A DNA stretch of 64,000 nucleotides from Candidatus Kerfeldbacteria bacterium (GTDB taxonomy: Bacteria; Patescibacteriota; Patescibacteriia; SBBC01; CAIJZX01). Below the pieces are notes generated by a model. It did no database searches. It worked only from the letters and a program-made list of their open reading frames with translations, and was not told the origin of the DNA. Positions 40,121 to 48,312 of the stretch are shown piece by piece. The stretch covers positions 1,106-65,105 of the forward strand of contig CAIJZX010000028.1 in NCBI GenBank assembly GCA_903825245.1, given 5' to 3'. Made by a program: the position numbers and the translations under genes. Position 1 is the stretch's first letter; every line of letters starts with the position of its first letter.

Positions 40121-41501
40121 CATCATCGAGATGTCGGACAGCTACAAGATTTCGCATTGGCGGCAGTACCCGCCGGGTACGACGCGTGTCTTCTCGTTTC
40201 TCGAGAGCCGTGGCGGTGCCTTCTCGCACGTGACATTGTTCGGTCTGCAGTACATCATCAAGCAGTATCTCGAAGGCGTCGTCGTGACCAAGGAGATGAT
40301 CGACGAGGCGAGCGAGGATTTCGCACTCCACTTCGGTAATGCAACATTGTTCAACGAAGCCGGCTGGCGGCACATCCTCAATGTTCACGGCGGACGTTTG
40401 CCGGTGCGCATTTCGGCGATTCCCGAAGGCACACCGGTGCCGATTTCGAACGTCATGCTGACGATCGAAAACACCGATCCTGCCGTGCCATGGCTGACGA
40501 GCTACCTCGAGACGCTGCTGTGCGAAGTTTGGTACCCGACGACTGTCTGTACGCAAAGCCGGGTCATGCGGCAAGTGATTCTTGAGGCGCTTGAGAAGTC
40601 CGGTGATCCGGCGGGCGTGGATTTCAAGCTCCACGACTTCGGTTTTCGCGGCAGTACATCAGTCGAATCCTCGGGAATTGGCGGCGCTGCGCATCTGGTC
40701 AATTTCAACGGAACGGACACGATGTCAGCGCTGAAGGTGGCTCGCGAATTTTACGGCGAACGCATGGCCGGGTTTTCCATCCCGGCCGCCGAACACAGCA
40801 CGATCACGTCGTGGGGTCGTGAGCATGAAGGCGACGCCTATGCCAACATGTTGCGGTCGTTTCCGACCGGGCCGGTGGCGGTTGTCAGCGATAGCTACGA
40901 CATCTTCCACGCCTGCCGCCAACTATGGGGCGCCGAACTGAAGGTCGAAGTGATTGAGCGCGACGGTGTGCTCATCGTTCGTCCGGACAGCGGCGATCCG
41001 CCGACGGTTGTCCTGCGCGTGCTCGACATTCTCGGCGAAGCTTTCGGCACAACGATCAACAGCAAAGGCTACCGCCTGCTTCATCCCAAGGTGCGAGTCA
41101 TTCAGGGCGACGGTATCGACCTGGCGATGATTCAGAACATCTTGGGGGCGATCATAGCGGCTGGTTGGTCGGCAGACAATATCGCCTTCGGTTCAGGCGG
41201 CGGATTGCTCCAGAAAGTTGATCGCGACACCTGTAAGTTCGCATTCAAGTGCAGTGCCATCGAGATCAATGGTGCCTGGCACGACGTGTCCAAGGATCCG
41301 ATCACCGATCACGGCAAAAAGTCGAAGGCCGGCCGGCTGAAGCTCGTCCGTCGTGGCGACTCTGTGGCAACCGTGACGGAAGAACAGTCTGTCGAAGTCA
41401 ATCTCCTCGTGCCGGTATTCGAGAACGGTCAACTACTCGTCGACCAGTCATTCTCAGACATCCGCTCTCGTGCGCGCGCTGTCGCTCCGATTCTCGTTTG
41501 A
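40101..41501 (+). CDS. nadV: nicotinamide phosphoribosyltransferase (NadV/NAMPT)
   Basis: N-terminus MRRNRSNIIEMSDSYKISHW (NadV xTDSYKxSH motif), full-length ~466 aa. Its start overlaps the 3' end of nadM by 20 nt. Confidence 0.85.
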   Translation: MRRNRSNIIEMSDSYKISHWRQYPPGTTRVFSFLESRGGAFSHVTLFGLQYIIKQYLEGVVVTKEMIDEASEDFALHFGNATLFNEAGWRHILNVHGGRLPVRISAIPEGTPVPISNVMLTIENTDPAVPWLTSYLETLLCEVWYPTTVCTQSRVMRQVILEALEKSGDPAGVDFKLHDFGFRGSTSVESSGIGGAAHLVNFNGTDTMSALKVAREFYGERMAGFSIPAAEHSTITSWGREHEGDAYANMLRSFPTGPVAVVSDSYDIFHACRQLWGAELKVEVIERDGVLIVRPDSGDPPTVVLRVLDILGEAFGTTINSKGYRLLHPKVRVIQGDGIDLAMIQNILGAIIAAGWSADNIAFGSGGGLLQKVDRDTCKFAFKCSAIEINGAWHDVSKDPITDHGKKSKAGRLKLVRRGDSVATVTEEQSVEVNLLVPVFENGQLLVDQSFSDIRSRARAVAPILV

Positions 41502-41511
41502 TCTTTGTACC

Positions 41512-41553
41512 CGTTACTTGCTTCCTCATGGAAGTCGGTAGCGGGTTTTTTCT
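41512..41553 (+). terminator. terminator after nadV
   Basis: Outer stem CCCGTTAC/GTAGCGGG enclosing inner hairpin CTTCC-tcat-GGAAG, followed by TTTTTT. Confidence 0.5.
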
Positions 41554-41565
41554 TTGGCTGGGATT

Positions 41566-41594
41566 GACAACAACATCGTTTTTTGCTAGTATCA
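41566..41594 (+). promoter_or_regulatory. sigma70 promoter (GGGATTGACA type)
   Basis: TTGACA-N17-TAGTAT, preceded by GGGA. Confidence 0.45.
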
Positions 41595-41662
41595 TCGGTC
41601 ATTAGAAGGGTCTGATGATTCGATCTTTTACATACACCATCTTCAAACATAGGAGGTGATTT

Positions 41663-42433
41663 GTGATTCCCATGAACGCCAAGACGGTCGGTGAGTGGGG
41701 ATGTAATTCCTTCACTGTCGTGGAGGGCTTAGGCTTGTTTTCGCAGATTCGTAAGATCTGGCAGAAACGATCCGGAGCATCGGTGTCAGTCGGAATGTCG
41801 TTGTTCCTAATGGCGCTGTCCATTTCGGCGATTACTTACGGCTGGCCGAACCAGATGTGGCCGCTCGTCATCAACGGTGCGGTGCTCGGACTGGGTTTCG
41901 GCGTAATCGCCCTCAGTCTGCGGAAGTTCAAGGGCTACAATCGGCGGGAAGAAGAATTTTTCTTTGCGCTGTTGTTATCTCTGCTGTCGATGCTCCTTTC
42001 ACATCACCTTGATCGGTGGTACTTCGTCTTCAGTGTCGGTTCGGTCGTTGCGCTTCTGCTACAGCCGATCGAGATCTGGAAGCGGAAGAGTTCCGGCGTG
42101 GTCGATGTTCGACTGCTTTGGCTCTTCCTCGCCAGTAATACGTTCTGGGTAATCTACGCGTACGCTATCCAGAATTGGGTGCTGATGGCGCTCTGCCCGT
42201 TTTACGTGGCGGTGTTGATCCTGACCATCGTGATGTGGCGGATCTATCGTCCGCGAGCCGTTCCGGAAATCTTTGACATCGACACGTCATGTCCGGCGAT
42301 GACCGACGACGGACAGGAATACTACTGTGTCGATTGCGATCATCCACTAGTTCGGACAGAAGGTGGTCGTCTCTTCTGCGCCACCTGCAACTACCAACCG
42401 TCGAAGCAGGACGTCTACCTGGTGAGGAGGTGA
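41663..42433 (+). CDS. membrane protein with C-terminal zinc-ribbon
   Basis: GTG start with RBS AGGAGGTGA 5 nt upstream. 5-6 TM helices. C-terminal YCVDCDHP...CATCNY (CxxC...CxxC). Confidence 0.45.
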   Translation: MIPMNAKTVGEWGCNSFTVVEGLGLFSQIRKIWQKRSGASVSVGMSLFLMALSISAITYGWPNQMWPLVINGAVLGLGFGVIALSLRKFKGYNRREEEFFFALLLSLLSMLLSHHLDRWYFVFSVGSVVALLLQPIEIWKRKSSGVVDVRLLWLFLASNTFWVIYAYAIQNWVLMALCPFYVAVLILTIVMWRIYRPRAVPEIFDIDTSCPAMTDDGQEYYCVDCDHPLVRTEGGRLFCATCNYQPSKQDVYLVRR

Positions 42434-42440
42434 ACGAACA

Positions 42441-42728
42441 ATGCACGAGGAAGAATTCCTCGGTGATCCGACACAATTCAGCGATGTCGATTGGCAACAG
42501 CTGGCCGATGTCGTGAAAGAGCACGGCGAGGTGACGATCTACTTCGTCGTCGGTATGCCGCCGCTTGGCCATGAGTACAGTCGACGCGTCGACGCTATGA
42601 CCAGCGCGCTTCGCATGAATCTCAACCGCCTCATCGAGGGCACCGTACTCGTGGCCGAAGCCACGCGAGACGGCGGGCCCAACGCGCATGTCGGTTACGA
42701 CATCGAGGTACAGCACCTTAACGAGTGA
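42441..42728 (+). CDS. hypothetical protein
   Basis: 95-aa ORF 8 nt after the upstream stop. Confidence 0.35.
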   Translation: MHEEEFLGDPTQFSDVDWQQLADVVKEHGEVTIYFVVGMPPLGHEYSRRVDAMTSALRMNLNRLIEGTVLVAEATRDGGPNAHVGYDIEVQHLNE

Positions 42729-42781
42729 GTCAGCACTGACCACTCGTTTTTTCTTATCTCCACACCAATTGGCGAGGGGAA

Positions 42782-42810
42782 TTGACAGAAGTAAATACTT
42801 GATATATACT
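42782..42810 (+). promoter_or_regulatory. sigma70 promoter
   Basis: TTGACA-N17-TATACT. Confidence 0.45.
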
Positions 42811-42836
42811 TGAGTAGTCAAGTAATTAATATCTCT

Positions 42837-43268
42837 ATGCACAAACTCTCGCCATCAACATCATTTTTCATTCAACTAGCGAAGTCGCAAGCCATACTGT
42901 CGTATCGTTTTGACCGCGCCCTCGGCGGTCTTGGGTTTACTGAGTTCCTTATTCTTCTTCAACTCGATCAGGCGCCCGGTGGTCAACTAAGCCGCATTGC
43001 CCTGGCTGAGAATATCGGTTTAACTGCGTCCGGTATTACTCGCGTTCTTTTACCGATGGCGAAAGTCCACCTGGTGAAAGACGGGAAAGCGTCGGATGAC
43101 GCGCGGGTTCGGAGTGTGGAAGCGACTGCCGCTGGTAAACAAAAACTTGCCGATGAAATTGCGCGATTGAAATTTTTGACTGATGACCTGGTGCTAAAGA
43201 ATACGCACAAAGAGCTCGAGCGCATCGCCGATGTGCTTCGCGACATTGCCGGCCGGGCGAAGACATAG
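42837..43268 (+). CDS. MarR family transcriptional regulator
   Basis: FTEFLILLQLDQAPGGQLSRIALAENIGLTASGITRVLLPMAKVHLVKDGKASDDARVRSVEATAAGKQK is a MarR wHTH pattern. Confidence 0.65.
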   Translation: MHKLSPSTSFFIQLAKSQAILSYRFDRALGGLGFTEFLILLQLDQAPGGQLSRIALAENIGLTASGITRVLLPMAKVHLVKDGKASDDARVRSVEATAAGKQKLADEIARLKFLTDDLVLKNTHKELERIADVLRDIAGRAKT

Positions 43269-43354
43269 CGCATCTAGACGACCAGGGCAAAGGTATGGTA
43301 GGTTTTTTACATCGTCCTTTGTTGCTTGCCCAGGTCGTTACCGAGGAGGGAGTC

Positions 43355-43501
43355 ATGAAGTGTGCCTACTGTCCCACCCAGGACGAAGAGCTTCACTGGC
43401 CGACCAATACGGAAACCGGTAAACGCGAACCCGTCTGTGCCGCCTGCCTCATCACGGCACCGCCCGGCAAGTTCGATGTTGCCGTTTCTCACGCCGCCTA
43501 G
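43355..43501 (+). CDS. small zinc-ribbon protein (hypothetical)
   Basis: MKCAYCP...CAAC gives a CxxC...CxxC pair in 48 aa. Terminator immediately downstream. Confidence 0.3.
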   Translation: MKCAYCPTQDEELHWPTNTETGKREPVCAACLITAPPGKFDVAVSHAA

Positions 43502-43525
43502 CACCACCAGGCGGTTTTTTATTTT
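43494..43525 (+). terminator. rho-independent terminator
   Basis: Stem CCGCCT/AGGCGG followed by TTTTTTATTTTC. Confidence 0.5.
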
Positions 43526-43539
43526 CTCACAGCTAGGGA

Positions 43540-43568
43540 TTGACAAAAAGTCATTCCCGTGCTAGTTT
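43540..43568 (+). promoter_or_regulatory. sigma70 promoter (GGGATTGACA type)
   Basis: TAGGGATTGACA-N17-TAGTTT. Confidence 0.4.
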
Positions 43569-43654
43569 TTCCCGTTCCGTTAGCACCCAACTAAGCGATA
43601 GCGTTCATTACAACTTTGCTCGACAAAACGACAAACCCCTACTCCGGAGGAATC

Positions 43655-44683
43655 ATGAAGATCGCACACTTGCTACTCTGTCTCGCCGTCCTGCTGTGTG
43701 TCCCGTTCGTCGCGTCTGCGCAGATCAACTCGTACTTCCACTTGGCTGGACCGCCTGGGGAGCCTGTTTCCGGTGGGCAGGATATTGTTTTAACGCCTGC
43801 CGACGGTACGTTCCAAGTCAACCACGACCCCACGACCAATCAACTCCAGTTAGTGTGCTACACCCCGACACGTAGCCAGGATTGGCAGTTGTTGATCATG
43901 AACGCCAGAGAAACTCGCCTACAGGTAGGAACCTATAACAACACTAAGGCCCCTACCTGTGACGATCGGGCGCACCCGCTTCTCTACATCTTCGGTAGTG
44001 GTGAAGTAGGCGGTGAATCAGGTGGTTGTCCGACTGGAGCATTCATTGTACACCAGGTCAGCTATGCTCCGAACGGCGATGTGCTCACACTGTGGGTAAC
44101 ATTTACTCAGACCACCCATGGCGGGCACGGCTCACTGGTTGGTGAACTGGTGTTTAACCTCGACCATCAGGTTACGCCCCTTCCCGTTGCGCCACCAAAT
44201 CTGAACAGTTTTACGATGACTAGCGATCCAGGGGATTTCGTTGGACAGGGCGTGCAGTACTCTTTCACTCCCGCCTATGGCTCAGGTAGTTCCTGGCGCC
44301 TAGATCGCAGTAATGGAGTACAGTTTGGTTATCGTCCTTCGACGACGACTGACTTCTGGAGTGTCTTAATCAATACTCCATCCAGCATTCCTCTAACGAC
44401 CGGAGCATACACGAACATCCCGCGGACGAGCGATGCAACCCACTACGGTTTCAGTGTCTCCGGTGAATATCGTGCTTGTGGCTTGTCGATAAGTAACATC
44501 GACGTCCGGTATATGCAATATGATGCCGAGGGTTACCCGCTGTCACTTTGGCTGACCTTCGACCAGTTTTGCAGTGGTGCGACAGCCGGACTTCACGGTG
44601 AGTTGAAGTTCAACGTGCCGCCAAATCTTCCGGTCCCGATTCGACGCACGAGTTGGGGTTATCTGAAGTCGATGTACCGGTAG
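43655..44683 (+). CDS. secreted hypothetical protein with internal two-domain repeat
   Basis: RBS GGAGG and signal peptide MKIAHLLLCLAVLLCVPFVASAQ. Two similar halves (LWVTFTQTTHGGHGSLVGELVFNLD / LWLTFDQFCSGATAGLHGELKFNVP). Confidence 0.5.
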   Translation: MKIAHLLLCLAVLLCVPFVASAQINSYFHLAGPPGEPVSGGQDIVLTPADGTFQVNHDPTTNQLQLVCYTPTRSQDWQLLIMNARETRLQVGTYNNTKAPTCDDRAHPLLYIFGSGEVGGESGGCPTGAFIVHQVSYAPNGDVLTLWVTFTQTTHGGHGSLVGELVFNLDHQVTPLPVAPPNLNSFTMTSDPGDFVGQGVQYSFTPAYGSGSSWRLDRSNGVQFGYRPSTTTDFWSVLINTPSSIPLTTGAYTNIPRTSDATHYGFSVSGEYRACGLSISNIDVRYMQYDAEGYPLSLWLTFDQFCSGATAGLHGELKFNVPPNLPVPIRRTSWGYLKSMYR

Positions 44684-44776
44684 TTGTCCTCAGCGATAAT
44701 GATGTAGCGCCCACGATGAAATATTTCGTGGGCTTTTTCTTTACGTTGCTAACACCTTTTGTGATATACTATAGCT

Positions 44777-45676
44777 ATGCCGGAACCAGTCGTTTCTATC
44801 AAGAATTTCACAAAAACGTTTGGGAATAATCAGGTCGTGAAGGACTTGTCATTTGACGTCTATCAAGGCGAAACATTTGCCTTTTTAGGTGCGAACGGTT
44901 CTGGTAAGACAACGACCATCCGTTGTTTGCTTGATATTCTCCAACCGACCAGCGGCGAACTTCTGATTCACGGCCAACGGTATAGCGTTGCCATGGCCAA
45001 GGATCTCGGGTATATGCCGGAGGAACGGGGATTGTATGTTGACGCGAATGTACTCGAGACGATGGTGTACTTCGGGACACTGAAGGGCGTCAACCCGATG
45101 GCGGCGAAACAATGGTCTATTGATTATCTGCAGCGCGTTGGTCTTGGTGACAAGATTAACCAGAAGATAAAAACCATGTCGTCGGGGCAACAACAGAAGA
45201 TTCAACTTGGCATTACTATCATTAATAAACCAGCACTACTAATTCTTGATGAACCGACGAAAGGCCTCGATCCGCTGAATCGCGAAGTATTGTTGTCCTC
45301 GTTAGAGGAAATGCGGAAAAACGGATCGACCATTATTTTTATTACTCACCAAATGGATGAAGTGGAGAAGTTAGCCGACCGACTGATCATGATCAAGGAT
45401 GGGAAGCGGGTGTTGTATGGGGAATTACAGGATGTTCGTGAAAGTTTTGGCGAAAATCGCGTACATGTTGAATTTGATGGTTTGTTTCCGGTCAACGAGA
45501 AACTGTATCGCATCGTCACGGCGGAAAATAATGTAGCGGAACTTGTGCCGGTCGATGGGGTAAAAGCCCCAGCCATATTCAAATACCTCGCCGGGTCGGA
45601 TATTGAAATTACGAAGTTTGACTTAGCCCTGCCGTCGCTGCAAGAAATGTTTGTGGCTATTCAACAACGTCCATGA
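44777..45676 (+). CDS. ABC transporter ATP-binding protein (ABC-2 type)
   Basis: Walker A GANGSGKTT, Q-loop, signature MSSGQQQK, Walker B LLILDEPTKGLD. Confidence 0.85.
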   Translation: MPEPVVSIKNFTKTFGNNQVVKDLSFDVYQGETFAFLGANGSGKTTTIRCLLDILQPTSGELLIHGQRYSVAMAKDLGYMPEERGLYVDANVLETMVYFGTLKGVNPMAAKQWSIDYLQRVGLGDKINQKIKTMSSGQQQKIQLGITIINKPALLILDEPTKGLDPLNREVLLSSLEEMRKNGSTIIFITHQMDEVEKLADRLIMIKDGKRVLYGELQDVRESFGENRVHVEFDGLFPVNEKLYRIVTAENNVAELVPVDGVKAPAIFKYLAGSDIEITKFDLALPSLQEMFVAIQQRP

Positions 45677-46260
45677 GCTTGAAACTCTTATTCGGCATAA
45701 TCGCGACTATCCTAGCAATAGTTTGTTTTCTGCCATATCTGAGAGATATTGTTGCCAAGAAAACTACGCCGCATATTTACTCGTGGCTTGTTTGGAGTAT
45801 CCTCCAAACAGTTGGGGTAATCGCAATTTTTCAAGGTGGCGGACAGTTCGGATCTTTAGGTTTGGCAGTTGGTTTACTTTTCTGTATCAGCATATTCTTA
45901 TTATCGTTTAAATACGGAACTAAAAACATTACAAAATTTGATACCCTCTGCCTGATTGGCTCAATGATCGCCATAGTGATCTGGTTAATACAGCGTGACC
46001 ACACGCTTTCCGTTATTCTGATCACAATAATAGACTTCGTTGCCTTTCTTCCGACCTATCGCAAAGGGTATGCCGAGCCGCGAAGTGAGACTTCCACCAC
46101 GTACCTCCTGAGCGCAATTTCAAATGTTTTTGCATTGTTAGCACTAGCTCAGTATTCCTTGACTACTTCTTTGTATATAGTCAGCCTGGTGGCATCGAAC
46201 AGTGGCATAGTATTGATTCTTCTTATTCGCCGAAAAACTTTACGTGTGCACCATGCGTAA
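45673..46260 (+). CDS. 6-TM membrane protein built from two 3-TM repeats (PQ-loop/SemiSWEET-like topology), embedded in the ABC operon
   Basis: Internal repeat FLPYLRDIVAKKTTPHIYS / FLPTYRKGYAEPRSETSTTY after TM1 and TM4. The second half is paralogous to the C-terminus of 24397..25305. Start overlaps the upstream stop (ATGA). Confidence 0.45.
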   Translation: MSLKLLFGIIATILAIVCFLPYLRDIVAKKTTPHIYSWLVWSILQTVGVIAIFQGGGQFGSLGLAVGLLFCISIFLLSFKYGTKNITKFDTLCLIGSMIAIVIWLIQRDHTLSVILITIIDFVAFLPTYRKGYAEPRSETSTTYLLSAISNVFALLALAQYSLTTSLYIVSLVASNSGIVLILLIRRKTLRVHHA

Positions 46261-47467
46261 TCCTCTACTCCTCATCGCCAAGCGTGAGTATTTAAAGGTC
46301 GTTCGTAAGAAATCATTTTGGGTGATCATATTATTGATTCCGACATTTACCGCCATCGTCTCGGTCATTTCCGGTAATTCAGCTAACACGATTCAAAAGC
46401 ACATTGAACAGCAAGTCAAAGGTGCCAAGCGGATTATCATTGTAGATAAGTCGGGCTTAATTGCTCCAGCTTTCATAAAAACACCACTGGAGGCGATGGC
46501 TGATGCCCAAGCGGCACAAACGGCTGTACAACAGGGGAAAGCGGACGCGGCCTTAGTCTATCCGGCGGACATCGCCAGCTCGCACGTGATGCAATCGTAT
46601 GTCGTCGATACCGGCCTGATTAGCCGCGGTCGTTTTGATGCACTGGGGCAATCACTGTTACAGCAGAGTATTTTGGCGAAACTGCCAAATCCGAGTGATG
46701 CGGCGCTGATTGCCACGCCGCCGAAAGTACAAGCCACCGTCTATGCCAAGGGGCAAAAAATCATCACGTCGATTGAAGCCTACATTCTGCCGATTCTCGC
46801 GGTGGTTATTTATTTTCTGCTGACCGTGACCTCGGTGAACTACATGCTGATGGCTATGTCCGAGGAAAAGGAGAATCGCATGATCGAAACGATTCGTTCG
46901 ATGGTCACGCCGCAACAACTGATCTGGGGAAAGTTGTTAGCTATGATCGGTTTAGCCTTCACTCAGGTGATGACCCTAGCAATCTACGGCGTGATTGCCT
47001 ACCAAGTTTCGACGAAAATTTTACCAGTTCATATCGACTGGTCGCTTGTGCATTTTGGTGTGTGGCAATTGATCTTGACGATCTACTTTATTGTTTCCGG
47101 TTTTGCGGTCATGGCGGCGATGATGGTCGGGATCGGCGCGGCTATGCCGAGCTACCGCGATGCGCAACAAGTTTCGCCGTTGTTCCTCCTGACCTCAATT
47201 CTGCCGATCTACTTTTTCTCGATCTTGCTTGCCGATCCAAGTGGTTCGGTGGCACGGATTACAAGTTACGTGCCGTTCATGTCGCCGTTAGTACTGACGT
47301 TCCGTGCGTCGGTCGGCGCCTTGCCGGTGATCGAACAAATCATCGGGATTATTGTTTCGGCGCTCTATGTCGTCATCAGTTTCTATGTGGCCTTCAAATT
47401 ATTTGAAGTCGGGAGTCTTGAATTCGGGAAGAAAGTTAGCCTGAAGAACATCTTGAGACGATCGTAG
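46253..47467 (+). CDS. ABC-2 family transporter permease
   Basis: N-terminal TM, a large extracytoplasmic domain, then 5 C-terminal TM helices. Directly follows the ATPase and small membrane protein. Confidence 0.65.
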   Translation: MRNPLLLIAKREYLKVVRKKSFWVIILLIPTFTAIVSVISGNSANTIQKHIEQQVKGAKRIIIVDKSGLIAPAFIKTPLEAMADAQAAQTAVQQGKADAALVYPADIASSHVMQSYVVDTGLISRGRFDALGQSLLQQSILAKLPNPSDAALIATPPKVQATVYAKGQKIITSIEAYILPILAVVIYFLLTVTSVNYMLMAMSEEKENRMIETIRSMVTPQQLIWGKLLAMIGLAFTQVMTLAIYGVIAYQVSTKILPVHIDWSLVHFGVWQLILTIYFIVSGFAVMAAMMVGIGAAMPSYRDAQQVSPLFLLTSILPIYFFSILLADPSGSVARITSYVPFMSPLVLTFRASVGALPVIEQIIGIIVSALYVVISFYVAFKLFEVGSLEFGKKVSLKNILRRS

Positions 47468-47559
47468 TTCCGGTAATACTGTGTTTCACCGAATCTGCTC
47501 AACGCAGGCGGGATTAGTGCTGTTGTTGCTACGCGAGTAATGGTGGGCGGAGGTAGGGG

Positions 47560-47588
47560 TTGACAAAATACCTATTTTGCGCTACAGT
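47560..47588 (+). promoter_or_regulatory. sigma70 promoter (GGGGTTGACA type)
   Basis: TTGACA-N17-TACAGT. Confidence 0.4.
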
Positions 47589-47689
47589 GTTCGGTCTCTT
47601 TCGCAAATCGCGATCGGGACGATACCACTTCACTCGCCCGCTCATGACCGGCAAGATCCGGCAGAGGATACACGGGCAGGAGGTACATC

Positions 47690-48142
47690 ATGAGTATTCA
47701 CGTGTTCTTTGACCCGTCGAAGCTGGACGAAGCCGCCCGAGTCGCTATCAGTGATCCTGATAGGAGCCACCTCACGATCACTATCGGCGGTCGACCGGTT
47801 TTGGTCGAAGCTCGCGATGGGGAAGTGTCCACCAAGATCGAACGCGAACGCCAGCTGAACCCCGAAGCCTGGGCTGCGGTCGGCCACGTCTCGATTCGGG
47901 ACACCGTCACCGATTCGAAGATGGTCGCGCAGATGGCGTCCGGCGAATACGACGTCGAGGGCAGTTCGGCGACGGTGCAGATTTGGGAGAAAGCGCAAAC
48001 TGGTTACGGCATGATCGCGGCAGACATCGAAATCATCGCCCCGACCTGGGCCGCCGCTACCACGCTGCACCGCGACATCCTGTTTGGCAAGTTGCCGGAT
48101 CGTCCGTACGTGCGCACAGTTCTTTCGGTCGACGAGTCGTAA
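47690..48142 (+). CDS. hypothetical protein
   Basis: 150-aa ORF with strong RBS AGGAGG. GC-rich. The overlapping minus-strand ORF is Arg-rich junk. Confidence 0.45.
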   Translation: MSIHVFFDPSKLDEAARVAISDPDRSHLTITIGGRPVLVEARDGEVSTKIERERQLNPEAWAAVGHVSIRDTVTDSKMVAQMASGEYDVEGSSATVQIWEKAQTGYGMIAADIEIIAPTWAAATTLHRDILFGKLPDRPYVRTVLSVDES

Positions 48143-48312
48143 AGCATTTTGCCGGCCGCTGCTATCCACGCTTTTGCGAGGATGACAGTGGCCGGTTCTT
48201 CATTTCTTTTGATTGCTCGGCGCGCCTCTGTGTGCTCGTCTCAGCGTAAACCGGGCGTTTTGATTTTGTTGAAAAAAGCGCTACAATAGAGCAGCTAGAT
48301 AATCTTGATGAA

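Noticed and set aside
42165-42842. 225-aa minus-strand ORF spanning the membrane/Zn-ribbon gene and the MarR promoter
   Set aside because: It runs antisense across two plus-strand genes with a promoter and RBS. Arg/Asp-rich translation without motifs.
47642-48169. Minus-strand 175-aa ORF overlapping 47690..48142
   Set aside because: Arg/Gly-rich translation. The plus-strand ORF has a GGGGTTGACA promoter and an AGGAGG RBS.
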